Shown one piece after another: positions 50,151-61,119 of a DNA stretch of 64,000 nucleotides. Source of the DNA: an uncultured Blautia sp. (GTDB lineage: Bacteria > Bacillota > Clostridia > Lachnospirales > Lachnospiraceae). Under the pieces are notes generated by a model, which was not told the origin of the DNA, ran no database searches, and was given only the letters and a program-made list of their open reading frames with translations. Both the position numbers and the translations under genes were made by a program. Position 1 is the stretch's first letter, and each line of letters begins with the position of its first letter. The stretch lies in contig CANTKB010000019.1 of NCBI GenBank assembly GCA_947654165.1, positions 191-64,190 on the forward strand. The letters are read 5' to 3'.

Positions 50151-51128
50151 ATGAAGTCATCTAATATAGGCGGACAGGCTGTAATGGAAGGAATTATGAT
50201 GCGTCATGGAGATGTATATTCCGTTGCGGTCAGAAAACCGGATAAAGAGATAGAAATTAAAATCGAAGACTATAAAAGTGTGATGAAATGGAAGACATTG
50301 CTGAAACTTCCTATTCTCCGAGGTGTATTTAACTTTATTGATTCTTTAGTAGTAGGAACAAAATGTCTGATGTATTCTGCGACTTTTTTTGAAGAAGAGG
50401 AAGAGTTTGAGAAGAGGAAGACACTGACGGGAGAGGAAAAAGAACGTGAAGATGCCAAAAAAGAAAAACAGGATAAAATCCTGATGACAGGGACCGTTAT
50501 TTTTTCTGTTATTTTTTCAGTGGGATTGTTTATGGTTCTTCCGTATCTTCTGGCCAGCCTGCTTCATAAAGTGGGAGCCACGGAAACCATTGTGACCATT
50601 GCGGAGGCAGGAGTGCGGATTTGTCTTTTTCTTGCCTATATGCTTTTGATATCCAGGATGGAAGATATCCAGAGGGTTTTTATGTACCATGGAGCGGAGC
50701 ATAAGTGTATTAACTGTGTGGAACACGGGATGCCACTCACGGTTGAAAACGTGATGAAAAGTTCCAGATTTCATAAACGGTGCGGAACCAGTTTCCTGTT
50801 TTTTGTTATTATTATCAGCATTATATTTTTTCTGGGATTTTTTGCCGTGGTTCCCATTGAGACACTATGGTTAAGGGTTATGGTCCGGGTTTTGCTGGTT
50901 CCTGTTATTGCAGGAATTTCTTATGAAGTCATAAGACTGGCAGGCAACAGTGATAATTGTGCGGTGACCTGGCTTTCGAAACCGGGTCTGGCTCTGCAGA
51001 AACTGACAACAAAAGAACCGACACCGGATATGGCGGAAGTGGCTATTGCTGCGGTGGAAGCAGTGTTTGATTGGAAAGCCTATTTACAGGAAAATTTCTC
51101 GGAAGTTCCGGTTGATGGAGAACCCTGA
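50151..51128 (+). CDS. DUF1385 (YqhQ-like) membrane protein
   Basis: IGGQAVMEG, YHGAEHK, HKRCGTSF and LQKLTTKEP; usual position before prmC. Confidence 0.88.
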   Translation: MKSSNIGGQAVMEGIMMRHGDVYSVAVRKPDKEIEIKIEDYKSVMKWKTLLKLPILRGVFNFIDSLVVGTKCLMYSATFFEEEEEFEKRKTLTGEEKEREDAKKEKQDKILMTGTVIFSVIFSVGLFMVLPYLLASLLHKVGATETIVTIAEAGVRICLFLAYMLLISRMEDIQRVFMYHGAEHKCINCVEHGMPLTVENVMKSSRFHKRCGTSFLFFVIIISIIFFLGFFAVVPIETLWLRVMVRVLLVPVIAGISYEVIRLAGNSDNCAVTWLSKPGLALQKLTTKEPTPDMAEVAIAAVEAVFDWKAYLQENFSEVPVDGEP

Positions 51129-51130
51129 GG

Positions 51131-51997
51131 ATGAAAAAAGAGAGAAGTTATAAAGAACTTCTGGAGTACGGGAAAGTCCGGCTGCAGGAGGCGGAGATTG
51201 AGGAGTATGCATTAGATGCATGGCTGCTTCTGGAATATGTTTTTCAGGTATCGAGAACCTGGTATTTTGTCCATGAAAACGAGATGGCAGATACGGAAAA
51301 GGCAGAGCAGTATCTGGAGTATATTGGCGAGAGAAGCAGGCATGTGCCTTTGCAGCAGTTGACGGGAGAAGCATATTTTTACGGCATGAAATTTTATGTT
51401 AATGAAGACGTGCTGATTCCCCGCCAGGATACAGAGGTTCTGGTGGAAGAAGTCCTGAAACTGAGCCGCACGGTTTTTCCAGAGGAAAAAAGAAAGCATC
51501 TGAACATTCTGGATGTGTGTACCGGGAGCGGCTGTATCTTATTAAGTCTGCTTTCGAATCTGGAGAATGCGGTGGGAACCGGGGTGGATTTATCGGAGAA
51601 AGCGTTGAACGTTGCGAGGATTAACGGAAGAAATCTGGGAATCCAGGCAGAATGGATACACAGCAATTTGTTTGACAAGGTACAGGGGAAGTATGATATG
51701 ATTGTTTCAAATCCCCCGTATATAAAAACCTCAGTGATAGGGGAACTGATGGATGAGGTGAAATATCATGAGCCTAAAATGGCTTTAGACGGAAGGGAAG
51801 ATGGCTTGTATTTTTACCGGGCAATGATCAGGGAGGCAGAAGAGTATCTGAATCAAGGCGGTATTCTTGCCTTTGAGATCGGATATGACCAGGGAGAATC
51901 CGTAAGCCGGCTTATGAGAGAACAGGGATACAGCCAGGTGCAGGTGATTCAGGATCTGGCAGGGCTTGACCGGTGTGTAACAGGAATTAGAAAGTAG
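51131..51997 (+). CDS. prmC: Release factor glutamine methyltransferase
   Basis: [16 protein letters not shown] and SNPPY. Confidence 0.93.
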   Translation: MKKERSYKELLEYGKVRLQEAEIEEYALDAWLLLEYVFQVSRTWYFVHENEMADTEKAEQYLEYIGERSRHVPLQQLTGEAYFYGMKFYVNEDVLIPRQDTEVLVEEVLKLSRTVFPEEKRKHLNILDVCTGSGCILLSLLSNLENAVGTGVDLSEKALNVARINGRNLGIQAEWIHSNLFDKVQGKYDMIVSNPPYIKTSVIGELMDEVKYHEPKMALDGREDGLYFYRAMIREAEEYLNQGGILAFEIGYDQGESVSRLMREQGYSQVQVIQDLAGLDRCVTGIRK

Positions 51998-52008
51998 GAG
52001 GAAAAACA

Positions 52009-53085
52009 ATGTTTGATAAATTAGAGGACATTTTAGTACGCCTTGAAGAGATTTTAAACGAATTAAATGAACCAACAGTGGCAAACGATACAGCAAGATT
52101 TCAGAAGCTGATGAAGGAACAGAGCGAACTGCAGCCCATTGCAGATGCATATAATGAATACAAATCCTGCAAAGAGACAGTGGAAGACAGTTTAATGATG
52201 CTGGACGAAGAATCTGATGATGAAATGCGGGAGATGCTGAAAGAAGAGCTGTCAGAAGCGAAAAAAAGAATTGAAGAACTGGAAAAGGAATTAAAGATTC
52301 TTCTTCTTCCAAAAGACCCTAATGATGAAAAGAATGTTATTGTAGAAATCCGTGCAGGTGCCGGTGGTGATGAAGCAGCTTTGTTTGCAGCAGAGATCTA
52401 CAGAATGTATGTAAAATATGCAGAGTCTCAGAATTGGAGATGCGAGATGCTCAGTCTCAATGAAAACGGAATCGGCGGCTTTAAGGAAGTGACCTTTATG
52501 ATCAACGGTCAGGGTGCATATTCCAAGCTGAAATACGAAAGTGGTGTTCACCGTGTACAGCGTGTTCCGGAGACAGAAAGCGGCGGAAGAATCCATACGT
52601 CTACGATCACCGTAGCGATTATGCCGGAAGCAGAAGAAATTGATTTCCAATTAGACTTAAATGATTGTAAGTTTGATGTCTTCAGGGCATCCGGAAATGG
52701 AGGTCAGTGTGTTAATACAACGGACTCTGCAGTACGTCTGACTCATATTCCTACGGGAATCGTAATCTCCTGCCAGGATGAAAAATCTCAGTTGAAAAAC
52801 AAGGATAAAGCATTAAAAGTCCTTCGTTCCCGTCTGTATGATATGGAATTACAGAAGCGTCATGATGCAGAGGCGGAAGCCAGAAGAAGCCAGGTTGGAA
52901 CAGGTGATCGTTCTGAGAAAATCAGAACATATAACTTCCCCCAGGGGCGTGTCACAGATCACAGGATCAAGCTCACGCTTCATCGCCTGGACGGCATTTT
53001 GAACGGAGATTTACAGGAAATTATTGACAGCCTGATCGCAGCAGACCAGATGGCAAAATTGGCAAATCAGGGAATGGATTCTTAA
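52009..53085 (+). CDS. prfA: Peptide chain release factor 1
   Basis: PET anticodon motif (RVPETE), GGQ and RTYNFPQGR. Confidence 0.96.
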   Translation: MFDKLEDILVRLEEILNELNEPTVANDTARFQKLMKEQSELQPIADAYNEYKSCKETVEDSLMMLDEESDDEMREMLKEELSEAKKRIEELEKELKILLLPKDPNDEKNVIVEIRAGAGGDEAALFAAEIYRMYVKYAESQNWRCEMLSLNENGIGGFKEVTFMINGQGAYSKLKYESGVHRVQRVPETESGGRIHTSTITVAIMPEAEEIDFQLDLNDCKFDVFRASGNGGQCVNTTDSAVRLTHIPTGIVISCQDEKSQLKNKDKALKVLRSRLYDMELQKRHDAEAEARRSQVGTGDRSEKIRTYNFPQGRVTDHRIKLTLHRLDGILNGDLQEIIDSLIAADQMAKLANQGMDS

Positions 53086-53137
53086 TCAGGTAACTCATAA
53101 ATTTATTTTATTTAAGCAAGAAACAAGGAGAAGTATC

Positions 53138-54061
53138 ATGAAAAAAACAGCATTAGTAATCATGGCTGCCGGTATTGGAAGCCGCTTTGGAAAAGGAATC
53201 AAGCAGTTGGCAAAAGTAGGACCAAGTGGAGAGATCATTATGGATTATTCCATCCATGATGCATTAGAGGCAGGGTTTAATAAGGTTGTTTTTATTATCA
53301 GAAAAGATATTGAAGAAGAATTCAGAGAGATCATCGGAAACAGAATCGAGAAGATCACAGAAGTGGAATATGTATTCCAGGATTTAAAAGATCTTCCGGA
53401 AGGCTTTACCTGCCCTGCAGACCGTACAAAACCATGGGGAACCGGTCATGCGGTACTGGCTGCAAAAAAAGCCATTGCAGAGCCATTTGTGGTGATCAAT
53501 GCAGATGATTACTACGGAAAAGAAGCTTTTGTAAAAATCCACGATTATCTTGTGGCAGAAAAGGAAGCAGGAGACAAAATGGATATCTGTATGGCTGGAT
53601 TTATTCTGGAAAATACATTAAGCGACAATGGTGGTGTGACTAGAGGTGTTTGTACTCTGGATGAAAATAAAAACCTGGTAGGAATTGAAGAAACTTATAA
53701 TATTCAAAAAACACCGGAAGGTCCTGCGGCAGTTGATGAAGAAACAGGAGAAAAAAATGCTTTAGATTCTCAGACTTTGGTATCTATGAACATGTGGGGA
53801 CTTACTCCGGAATTTCTGGAAGTATTAGAACAGGGATTTAAAGAGTTCCTGACAGATGTAAAACCGGGAGATATTAAGAAGGAATACCTGCTTCCGGCAG
53901 TGGTAGATCAGCTTATCAAGGAAGAGAGAGCAGAAGTGGCTGTGCTGAAAACTCATGACACCTGGTTTGGTGTGACCTATCAGGAAGATAAAGAAAAAGT
54001 TATGGAATCTTTCCGTGATCTGGTGAAAAAAGGTGTATATAAGGAGCAGCTCTTTTCATAA
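53138..54061 (+). CDS. Sugar-phosphate nucleotidyltransferase family protein
   Basis: MAAGIGSRFG..KQ, KPWGTGHA, INADDYYG and WFGVTY. Confidence 0.85.
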   Translation: MKKTALVIMAAGIGSRFGKGIKQLAKVGPSGEIIMDYSIHDALEAGFNKVVFIIRKDIEEEFREIIGNRIEKITEVEYVFQDLKDLPEGFTCPADRTKPWGTGHAVLAAKKAIAEPFVVINADDYYGKEAFVKIHDYLVAEKEAGDKMDICMAGFILENTLSDNGGVTRGVCTLDENKNLVGIEETYNIQKTPEGPAAVDEETGEKNALDSQTLVSMNMWGLTPEFLEVLEQGFKEFLTDVKPGDIKKEYLLPAVVDQLIKEERAEVAVLKTHDTWFGVTYQEDKEKVMESFRDLVKKGVYKEQLFS

Positions 54062-54149
54062 ACTCGTGACAAATTTCTCAAAGTGTGTTATTGTGTTAAA
54101 GGCACTAATAAGACAAAAAAAGAGAATGATTGTGTAAAAGGAGCTAATT

Positions 54150-55493
54150 ATGGGTAAATATTTTGGAACAGACGGTTTTCGTGGTGAAGCAAATGTAGAC
54201 TTAACAGTAGAACATGCCTTTAAAGTGGGCAGATTTCTTGGCTGGTATTTCGGAAAAAATCATAAGGCAAGAATCGTCATTGGAAAGGACACCAGACGAA
54301 GCAGCTATATGTTTGAGTATTCTCTGGTTGCCGGTCTTACAGCTTCCGGCGCAGATGTATTTTTGCTTCATGTTACTACAACACCAAGTGTTTCTTACGT
54401 AGTGCGTACAGAAGATTTTGACTGTGGAATTATGATTTCCGCCAGCCATAATCCTTTCTATGACAATGGAATCAAAATTATTAACGGAAACGGACAAAAG
54501 CTGGAAGCGTCTGTAGAAGAGCAGATAGAAGCATATATTGACGGTATGATGGGAGAACTTCCTCTGGCAAAGAAAGAAGAAATCGGACGTACCGTAGATT
54601 TTTCAGCAGGAAGAAACCGTTATATCGGATATCTGATCTCTATTCCGACCAGAGCGTTTAAGAATGTACGTGTAGGTCTGGACTGCTCAAACGGAAGTGC
54701 ATCTGCCATTGCAAAAAGCGTATTTGATGCACTGGGAGCAAAAACCTATGTGATTCACAATGAGCCAAATGGTGTCAATATTAACACTAACTGCGGCTCC
54801 ACACATATTGAAGAGCTGAAAAAATTTGTAAAAGAGAACAATCTGGATGTAGGTTTCGCTTATGACGGTGATGCAGACCGTTGTATAGCCGTAGATGATC
54901 AGGGAGAGGAAGTAAATGGAGACTTGATCATGTATGTGTGCGGAAAGTACATGAAAGAATGTGGAAAATTAAACAACAATACGATTGTAACTACAGTTAT
55001 GTCCAACCTTGGATTGTATAAAGCCTGCGACAGAGAAGGAATTTCCTACGAAAAAACAGCAGTGGGTGATAAATATGTGTGCGAAAATATGATGGCTAAC
55101 GGACACTCCATTGGAGGAGAACAGTCAGGACATATTATTTTTGCAAAACATGCTACTACCGGAGACGGTATTCTCACTTCCCTGAAACTTATGGAAGTGA
55201 TCATTGAGAAGAAACTTCCGCTCAGCACACTGACAAGAGAAGTGACGATTTATCCTCAGGTTCTGAAAAATGTAAAAGTTAAAGATAAAAAAGAAGCCAG
55301 AGAGAATCCGAAAGTAGTAGAAGCCGTGGCAAAAGTAGAAGAGGCTCTTGGTGACGATGGAAGAATTCTGGTTCGTGAAAGCGGAACAGAGCCATTGATC
55401 CGTGTTATGGTGGAAGCTGCCACGAATGAAATTTGCGAAAATTATGTAAACCAAGTGGTTGAAGTGATCAAAGCAGAAAATCTTATGGCATAA
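54150..55493 (+). CDS. glmM: Phosphoglucosamine mutase
   Basis: FGTDG, ISASHNP, DGDADR, GGEQSGH and RESGTEP. Confidence 0.93.
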   Translation: MGKYFGTDGFRGEANVDLTVEHAFKVGRFLGWYFGKNHKARIVIGKDTRRSSYMFEYSLVAGLTASGADVFLLHVTTTPSVSYVVRTEDFDCGIMISASHNPFYDNGIKIINGNGQKLEASVEEQIEAYIDGMMGELPLAKKEEIGRTVDFSAGRNRYIGYLISIPTRAFKNVRVGLDCSNGSASAIAKSVFDALGAKTYVIHNEPNGVNINTNCGSTHIEELKKFVKENNLDVGFAYDGDADRCIAVDDQGEEVNGDLIMYVCGKYMKECGKLNNNTIVTTVMSNLGLYKACDREGISYEKTAVGDKYVCENMMANGHSIGGEQSGHIIFAKHATTGDGILTSLKLMEVIIEKKLPLSTLTREVTIYPQVLKNVKVKDKKEARENPKVVEAVAKVEEALGDDGRILVRESGTEPLIRVMVEAATNEICENYVNQVVEVIKAENLMA

Positions 55494-55525
55494 ATAGAGT
55501 TACAGAAAGATAAGAGGGTGAACAG

Positions 55526-56560
55526 GTGAAGAAAAGGGGACTTTTAGCCGCAGCCGCAGCTCTTTGCCTGCTGGCCGGCTGTAAAAAAAGTGAACTCACC
55601 GAGTATGAAAATGGTATTGAAAATCTGGAAAAGCAAAAGTATGAACAGGCACTCCGGAATTTTGAGAATGCCATACAAAAAGGGGAACAATCGGTCTTGT
55701 CCTGGAGAGGCATCGGGATTGCCAGGATGGGACAGGGCGATTATGAAAAAGCTGAGGAAGCCTTTTCCACAGCATTGGGTATTACAGAGAAAAAAGAGAA
55801 AGCATTGCAAAGAGATTTATATCTGTATCTGGCAGATACACAATATCATCAGGAAGATTACCAGGGATGTATTGAAACCTGCACTCAGCTTTTGGAAACG
55901 GATGCTCACCAGGACGGATACTTTTTGAGAGGAAGTTCTTATCTGAGGAGAAGCGAATATAAAAAAGCAGAGGATGATTTTGAGGAAGTTATTTCAAATT
56001 CCACGGATTATCAGGATTATCTTGATATTTACAGAATCTATCAGGAATGCGGCTTATCTGCGGATGGAGCTGAATACCTGGAGGCAGCATTGGATTTAAA
56101 GGGAAATTCCGCAGAAGAGTATTATCAGAGAGGCAGAATTTATTATTATCTTTCTGAGTACAAGGATGCAGAAAAATCTCTGAAGAAAGCCTTGGATAAG
56201 GATTATGAGCAGGCTGCCTTATATCTTGGAAAGGTATATGCAGAAGAGCAGGATTATGAACAGGCGATTTCCATGTATAAGAGTTGTCTGGAAACAGAGG
56301 ATATGCAGTCAGAAGCCTATAATGGTCTTGCCTGCTGTGCGGCAGCAGAGGAAGATTACGAAAAAGCACTGTCCTACATTGAAAAGGGACTCAAGACAAA
56401 AGAGCCGGAGATGAAACAGGTGCTTTTGTTTAATCAAATTGTATTTTTGGAAGAATCCATGGATCTTGTTTCTGCAAAGGAAAAAATCAGTGAATATCTG
56501 GAACTATATCCGCAAGATCAGGATGCATTGCGGGAATATTATTTTTTACAGACAAGATAA
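55526..56560 (+). CDS. TPR-repeat lipoprotein
   Basis: Signal peptide with LAGC lipobox followed by tandem TPR helices. Confidence 0.85.
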   Translation: MKKRGLLAAAAALCLLAGCKKSELTEYENGIENLEKQKYEQALRNFENAIQKGEQSVLSWRGIGIARMGQGDYEKAEEAFSTALGITEKKEKALQRDLYLYLADTQYHQEDYQGCIETCTQLLETDAHQDGYFLRGSSYLRRSEYKKAEDDFEEVISNSTDYQDYLDIYRIYQECGLSADGAEYLEAALDLKGNSAEEYYQRGRIYYYLSEYKDAEKSLKKALDKDYEQAALYLGKVYAEEQDYEQAISMYKSCLETEDMQSEAYNGLACCAAAEEDYEKALSYIEKGLKTKEPEMKQVLLFNQIVFLEESMDLVSAKEKISEYLELYPQDQDALREYYFLQTR

Positions 56561-56564
56561 AAAT

Positions 56565-56605
56565 ACCGGGAACTGTTGATGGAGGAAAACAGTTCCCGGT
56601 TTTTT
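56565..56605. terminator. Terminator between convergent genes
   Basis: ACCGGGAACTGTT/AACAGTTCCCGGT followed by a T tract. Confidence 0.75.
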
Positions 56606-56614
56606 ATAGTACAG

Positions 56615-59438
56615 TTATGGTGTCGTCAAAGGTTTTTCTGAACCATATACCTGAACTTCATAGATACGTGCTGCTGTATCAGAGCCTTGTGTGGGTTTGA
56701 TAACAGACAGTTTTACATAGCGGGCAGTTACCGGAGCAAAAGTGTCCAGTGTGGTTCCTGCCGCATTTTTTGTTACGTTTACAACAGGCGTATATTCTGC
56801 ACCGTCGGTACTTACAGAAATGGTGTAGGCTTTTGTATTCATATCAGCACCCTCACCGCCAGCCTCTGCATGGGAGATACCTACCTGGCTGATGGTTGTC
56901 TCGGCACCCAGATCAATAGTCAGTTCATGAGGAGGATTGCCGGTTGCACACCATTTCTTTGTCACATCTCCGTCTACTGCAAATGGAGGTGCTTCGTTGT
57001 CATTCACAAAAGCGGTTGCCTCTGTTGGTTTTCTCTGTGAAAGTAAGGTGAGTTCTGCATCTTTTCCTAAATCATCAGAAACAACGATACATCCAGTATA
57101 AGTCTTTTCGTCTTTTCCGGATTTGTTTTCAGCAGTTACCGTTACGTCATACACACCTGCTTTGTCGTAAGTAACGGTTACAGATTCGCCCTTAGCGGAT
57201 TCTTCGCTGGCACCCGGGAGGGTCCAGGAAACATTTTCTGTGTTCTGAGAACAATTACTGTCAAAGGTTACGCTGCTTCCTGTTCCCACAAGCGTCTGAG
57301 ATGCTTTCAAGGCTGCTTTTGGCAGGCTGTTGTCAGGCCATTCTATCGTAACAGAGGATTCTTTTCCTTCTTTCAGGCTATTTGTTACAGGAACTACAGC
57401 GAATTCGGATTTGTTGGTATCGTCTGTTCTTGGAAGTGTGTTAATATAGAAACATTCTGTGTTGGACACACCAAGAAGAGAACGTGTTTTATCCTGATTT
57501 ATGCGGTAAACTTCATAGTAGGAAGCGTCTGCATCACTTTCCCAGGAAAGGCGGACACCTGCATACATACCGTCCTCGTCAAATTCTGTGTCATCTGCTT
57601 TTACATTAGAAACAGTAGTTGTTTTTTCTTCTTCTGCTGTCATAGAGATATTTCCGAAGAAGAACTGGAATTTACTGTTGTCTTCACTGGAGGCCAGTTC
57701 ATAGGAGATTCTACGGATATTCTTTCCTTCCAGCTTGGAGAGGTCATATGTTACGGTTGTCCAGTCTGTACCTACTTTTTTATCGCCTTTGAGAGTTTCC
57801 GTGGAACCGTCATCCAGAGTCAGCACTGCATTTAAAGCAGTTTCACCGGATGCTTTTGCTGTTGTAGTGAAGGTTGTTGATTTCTCAACAGGTAAGTCTG
57901 CACTGTACAGATGAATGACAGAGGACTGATCTTTTCCCATTTTTCCAAGAAGCTTCAGGGAGGTTCCTCCGTACCATGCATTTCCTACATCAAAGTAGGC
58001 AGTCAATGTATTTTCACCCCCCATGTTCCATCATCCAGCGGTAAGTCGGAAGAATATCACCGATGCTGCGGTTGTTCCAGTCAAGGGTAGAAATCTGTTC
58101 TCCGTTTTTGAAGAAACTATAGCCGCTTCCTGTGTTGAAATTGGTCACAAAAGGAAGGGATGTAATGGCAGATTTTTCAATCGCATAGGTAGATACACCG
58201 TGCCACTGTGTGTCGGATGCATAGGCAATTTCCTGGGACGGATCCGCTTTGCTGTTGACCCACAGAGTGTTTTCTTTTTTATGGAATTCATCCAGGTTCT
58301 GAGCAGAGGTGTAAGCCCAGTTCGGACAGTAGAGACCAAGAGAAGTATGAGTACTGTTCTCCCCTGCTTCAAATAAGTCCCAACGGATAGGTGTCATATA
58401 TCCTTCTGCCTGGATGTCCACACCTGCAAAAAGCTGATAAGGGCTGATTCCCAGTTCCTCGGCTTTTTCAGCAGATGCTTTGGGAAGTTCCTGATCTGCC
58501 AGTTTGTCTTCAGTCCACCAGAAATTCAGGAACATTTCGTCTGCAACCGGATTTCCTTCTTCATCGGCAAGGAACATGGAGTTTTTATCGGTAAGGGCAT
58601 TCTGCCAGTCCATTTCCCCGTCGCAGGTCATGGAGTCGTAGTAAACAACACGAAGTTCAGGTGCCTGTTTTTTCATGTATTGGATGAAAGCCTGCATTTT
58701 TTCAGCATGATCGGCAGAAAGAGGTTCTTCTTCGCTGCCTTCTGTTTCCTGGTTGATAAACCATCCGTCAAAGCCATAGGTTTGTGCTACTTCAATGAGT
58801 TTATCTGCCAGTGGGAAAGTGCCGTCAGATTCCTGCTGCAAAAAGGTGTTCAGCCATTCTATTTTCCCCCCTGACACATCCTGAGGGAAGAATACAGTAC
58901 CAATAACAGGAACGCCGTTTTTGTGTCCTAAATCCGTAACATCAGGACTTGGAGGAACAATAAGACCTTCACCGGAAGAACCTCCCCAGTAAACAAGCTC
59001 ATCTACATATTGCCAGTAAGTGAAAACATTACAGTCTGCTTTGTTCAGTCCGTGAGGTGCGTTTCCGCTGGTGCTGGAGTTCATAATGGAAATGGCCATG
59101 ACCTCAGTGTCTTTGTTCTGTGTCTTGTTCACTGGTGTCAGATTCTCTTTTTCTACTCTCTGTGCCAACGGAACGGTACTGATGTTATAAGCCAGATCAG
59201 AGTCTTCTTCCGGTGTCCATTCCAGAAGTTGTTCCGGGAACCAGTAGGAAGATTCCGGCTGGTGATTCATTACCATTTCGGTCGCTTCGTTTTCTTCTGT
59301 GATCTGATATTTGCTCTTTGTCTCTGCTTTTTCATTGTTTTTGGCAGGGGTATTTCCCTGGCAGGAACAGAGACCGGCAGTCATCAGAACCGTCATGCCG
59401 ATAGCGGCAGGCTTGTATAAACGTTACTTTCTTTTCAT
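56615..59438 (-). pseudogene. Disrupted GH85 endo-beta-N-acetylglucosaminidase lipoprotein with PKD and F5/8-type C (CBM32-like) domains
   Basis: FDGWFINQE catalytic motif, YWGGS and GLCSC lipobox; ATG at 59438 with AGGAG RBS has TAA at codon 5 (59424-59426); frameshift at the G6 run (58017-58022). Confidence 0.85.
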
Positions 59439-59632
59439 AACGCTTCTCCTTTTCATTTTATACTCCGGAGTTTTTCAAGCTTTCGCTGATATTTACTATA
59501 CTCTAAAAAATCACAAAAAAATAGTGGAAAGATATTAGGTTTTCTGTAAGAATTCTACAAAAAATGAATAGGGCTTGCCTTAATTATAAGAAAGAAGTAT
59601 CATAAAACCAGTAAGAAGAATAGGAGTATTAT

Positions 59633-60883
59633 ATGGGATTATATGAATTAAAAGAAGAACAGGAACGTGTGATTCTGGTGGGGGTTCAGACCAGAGAAGG
59701 GGACGATACCCAGGATTCCCTGGATGAGCTAAAGGATTTGGTGAAAACAGCGGGAGCTGAGACCGTGGGAATGATGATTCAGAGCAGGGAGGCCATTCAT
59801 CCGGGATACTATGTGGGAACCGGAAAACTGGAGGAAATCCGTATGATGGCAGCAGCTTATGATGCCACAGGCATTGTCTGTGATGACGAGCTGACCCCGT
59901 CTCAGATGAATAATCTGGAGAGAGAACTGGAACTGAAGATCATGGACAGAACCATGGTGATACTGGATATTTTTGCAGCCCGGGCACGTACCAGTGAAGG
60001 GAAGATTCAGGTGGAGCTGGCACAGCTTAGATACCGTGCTTCGAGACTTACAGGACTTGGCACATCGATGTCAAGGTTAGGGGGAGGTATCGGTACCAGA
60101 GGTCCGGGTGAAAAGAAGCTGGAGATGGACAGGCGTTTGATCAAAGTGCGTATTTCCCAACTGAAAAAGGATTTGGAACAGGTAAAACGGCACAGAGAAC
60201 TGTTAAGAGAGGGAAGAAGCAGAGAGAACATTATGACAGCAGCTATCGTGGGATATACCAACGCAGGGAAATCCACGCTGCTGAACACACTGACAGATGC
60301 TGACGTACTGGAAGAAGATAAATTATTTGCTACCCTGGATCCGACTACAAGAGTTCTGGAACTGCCGGGAAAACAAAGGCTTTATCTTACAGATACGGTG
60401 GGATTTATCAGGAAATTGCCCCACCATTTGATCGAAGCTTTTAAGAGTACCTTGGAGGAAGCAAAGTATGCAGACTTTATCATCCATGTAGTGGATGCTT
60501 CCAATCCACAGAGGGATGAACAGATGTATGTTGTGTATGAAACCTTAAAGGAACTTGGAGTGCAGGATAAGAAGATCATTACCTTGTTTAATAAGCAGGA
60601 CAAGGTAACGGAACCGGAAGTTTTACGTGACTTCAGGGCAGATTATGTGCTGAAGACAGCCGTAAAAACAGGACAGGGACTGGAAGAACTGAAGGAAGTT
60701 CTGGAGAAAGTAATCACAGAAGACCAGATCTATCTGGAGAGAGTGCTTGGGTATCAGGAAGCCGGACAGGTTCAGATGATTCGGAAATACGGACAATTAC
60801 TTTCAGAAGAATATACCCCGGAGGGAATTGAGATCAAGGCGAGAGTTCCCAGGACTATTTATGGGAAAGTCGGAGGAAAATAA
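59633..60883 (+). CDS. hflX: GTPase HflX
   Basis: GIGTRGPGE, GYTNAGKST, LFATLDPT, DTVGF and NKQD. Confidence 0.95.
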   Translation: MGLYELKEEQERVILVGVQTREGDDTQDSLDELKDLVKTAGAETVGMMIQSREAIHPGYYVGTGKLEEIRMMAAAYDATGIVCDDELTPSQMNNLERELELKIMDRTMVILDIFAARARTSEGKIQVELAQLRYRASRLTGLGTSMSRLGGGIGTRGPGEKKLEMDRRLIKVRISQLKKDLEQVKRHRELLREGRSRENIMTAAIVGYTNAGKSTLLNTLTDADVLEEDKLFATLDPTTRVLELPGKQRLYLTDTVGFIRKLPHHLIEAFKSTLEEAKYADFIIHVVDASNPQRDEQMYVVYETLKELGVQDKKIITLFNKQDKVTEPEVLRDFRADYVLKTAVKTGQGLEELKEVLEKVITEDQIYLERVLGYQEAGQVQMIRKYGQLLSEEYTPEGIEIKARVPRTIYGKVGGK

Positions 60884-60950
60884 AACAGAGAAAAAATGTC
60901 TAATTTATATATGGAAATACGAAAAAATATAGACAAAGTACACTAAAGAC

Positions 60951-60979
60951 TTGACAAATAAATACTTCTCATGTAGTAT
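60951..60979 (+). promoter_or_regulatory. Promoter of the sugar ABC operon
   Basis: TTGACA, 17 nt, TAGTAT. Confidence 0.6.
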
Positions 60980-61119
60980 ATGTATATAAATACTAATTGC
61001 CGTAGGAGAGAAGAGATGGGCATATATATTTAATCCGAAGGGATAGATATATATGCCTTTTTATGTCTCGAAAGATAGCGGTAAGGTTTATAGTAAAAGC
61101 GAAAGTGAGGAAAAGAAGA

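Noticed and set aside
58014..58024. Two separate genes or a programmed frameshift in the GH85 locus
   Set aside because: The domains are continuous across the junction, no stimulatory structure is evident, and an independent nonsense codon points to decay.
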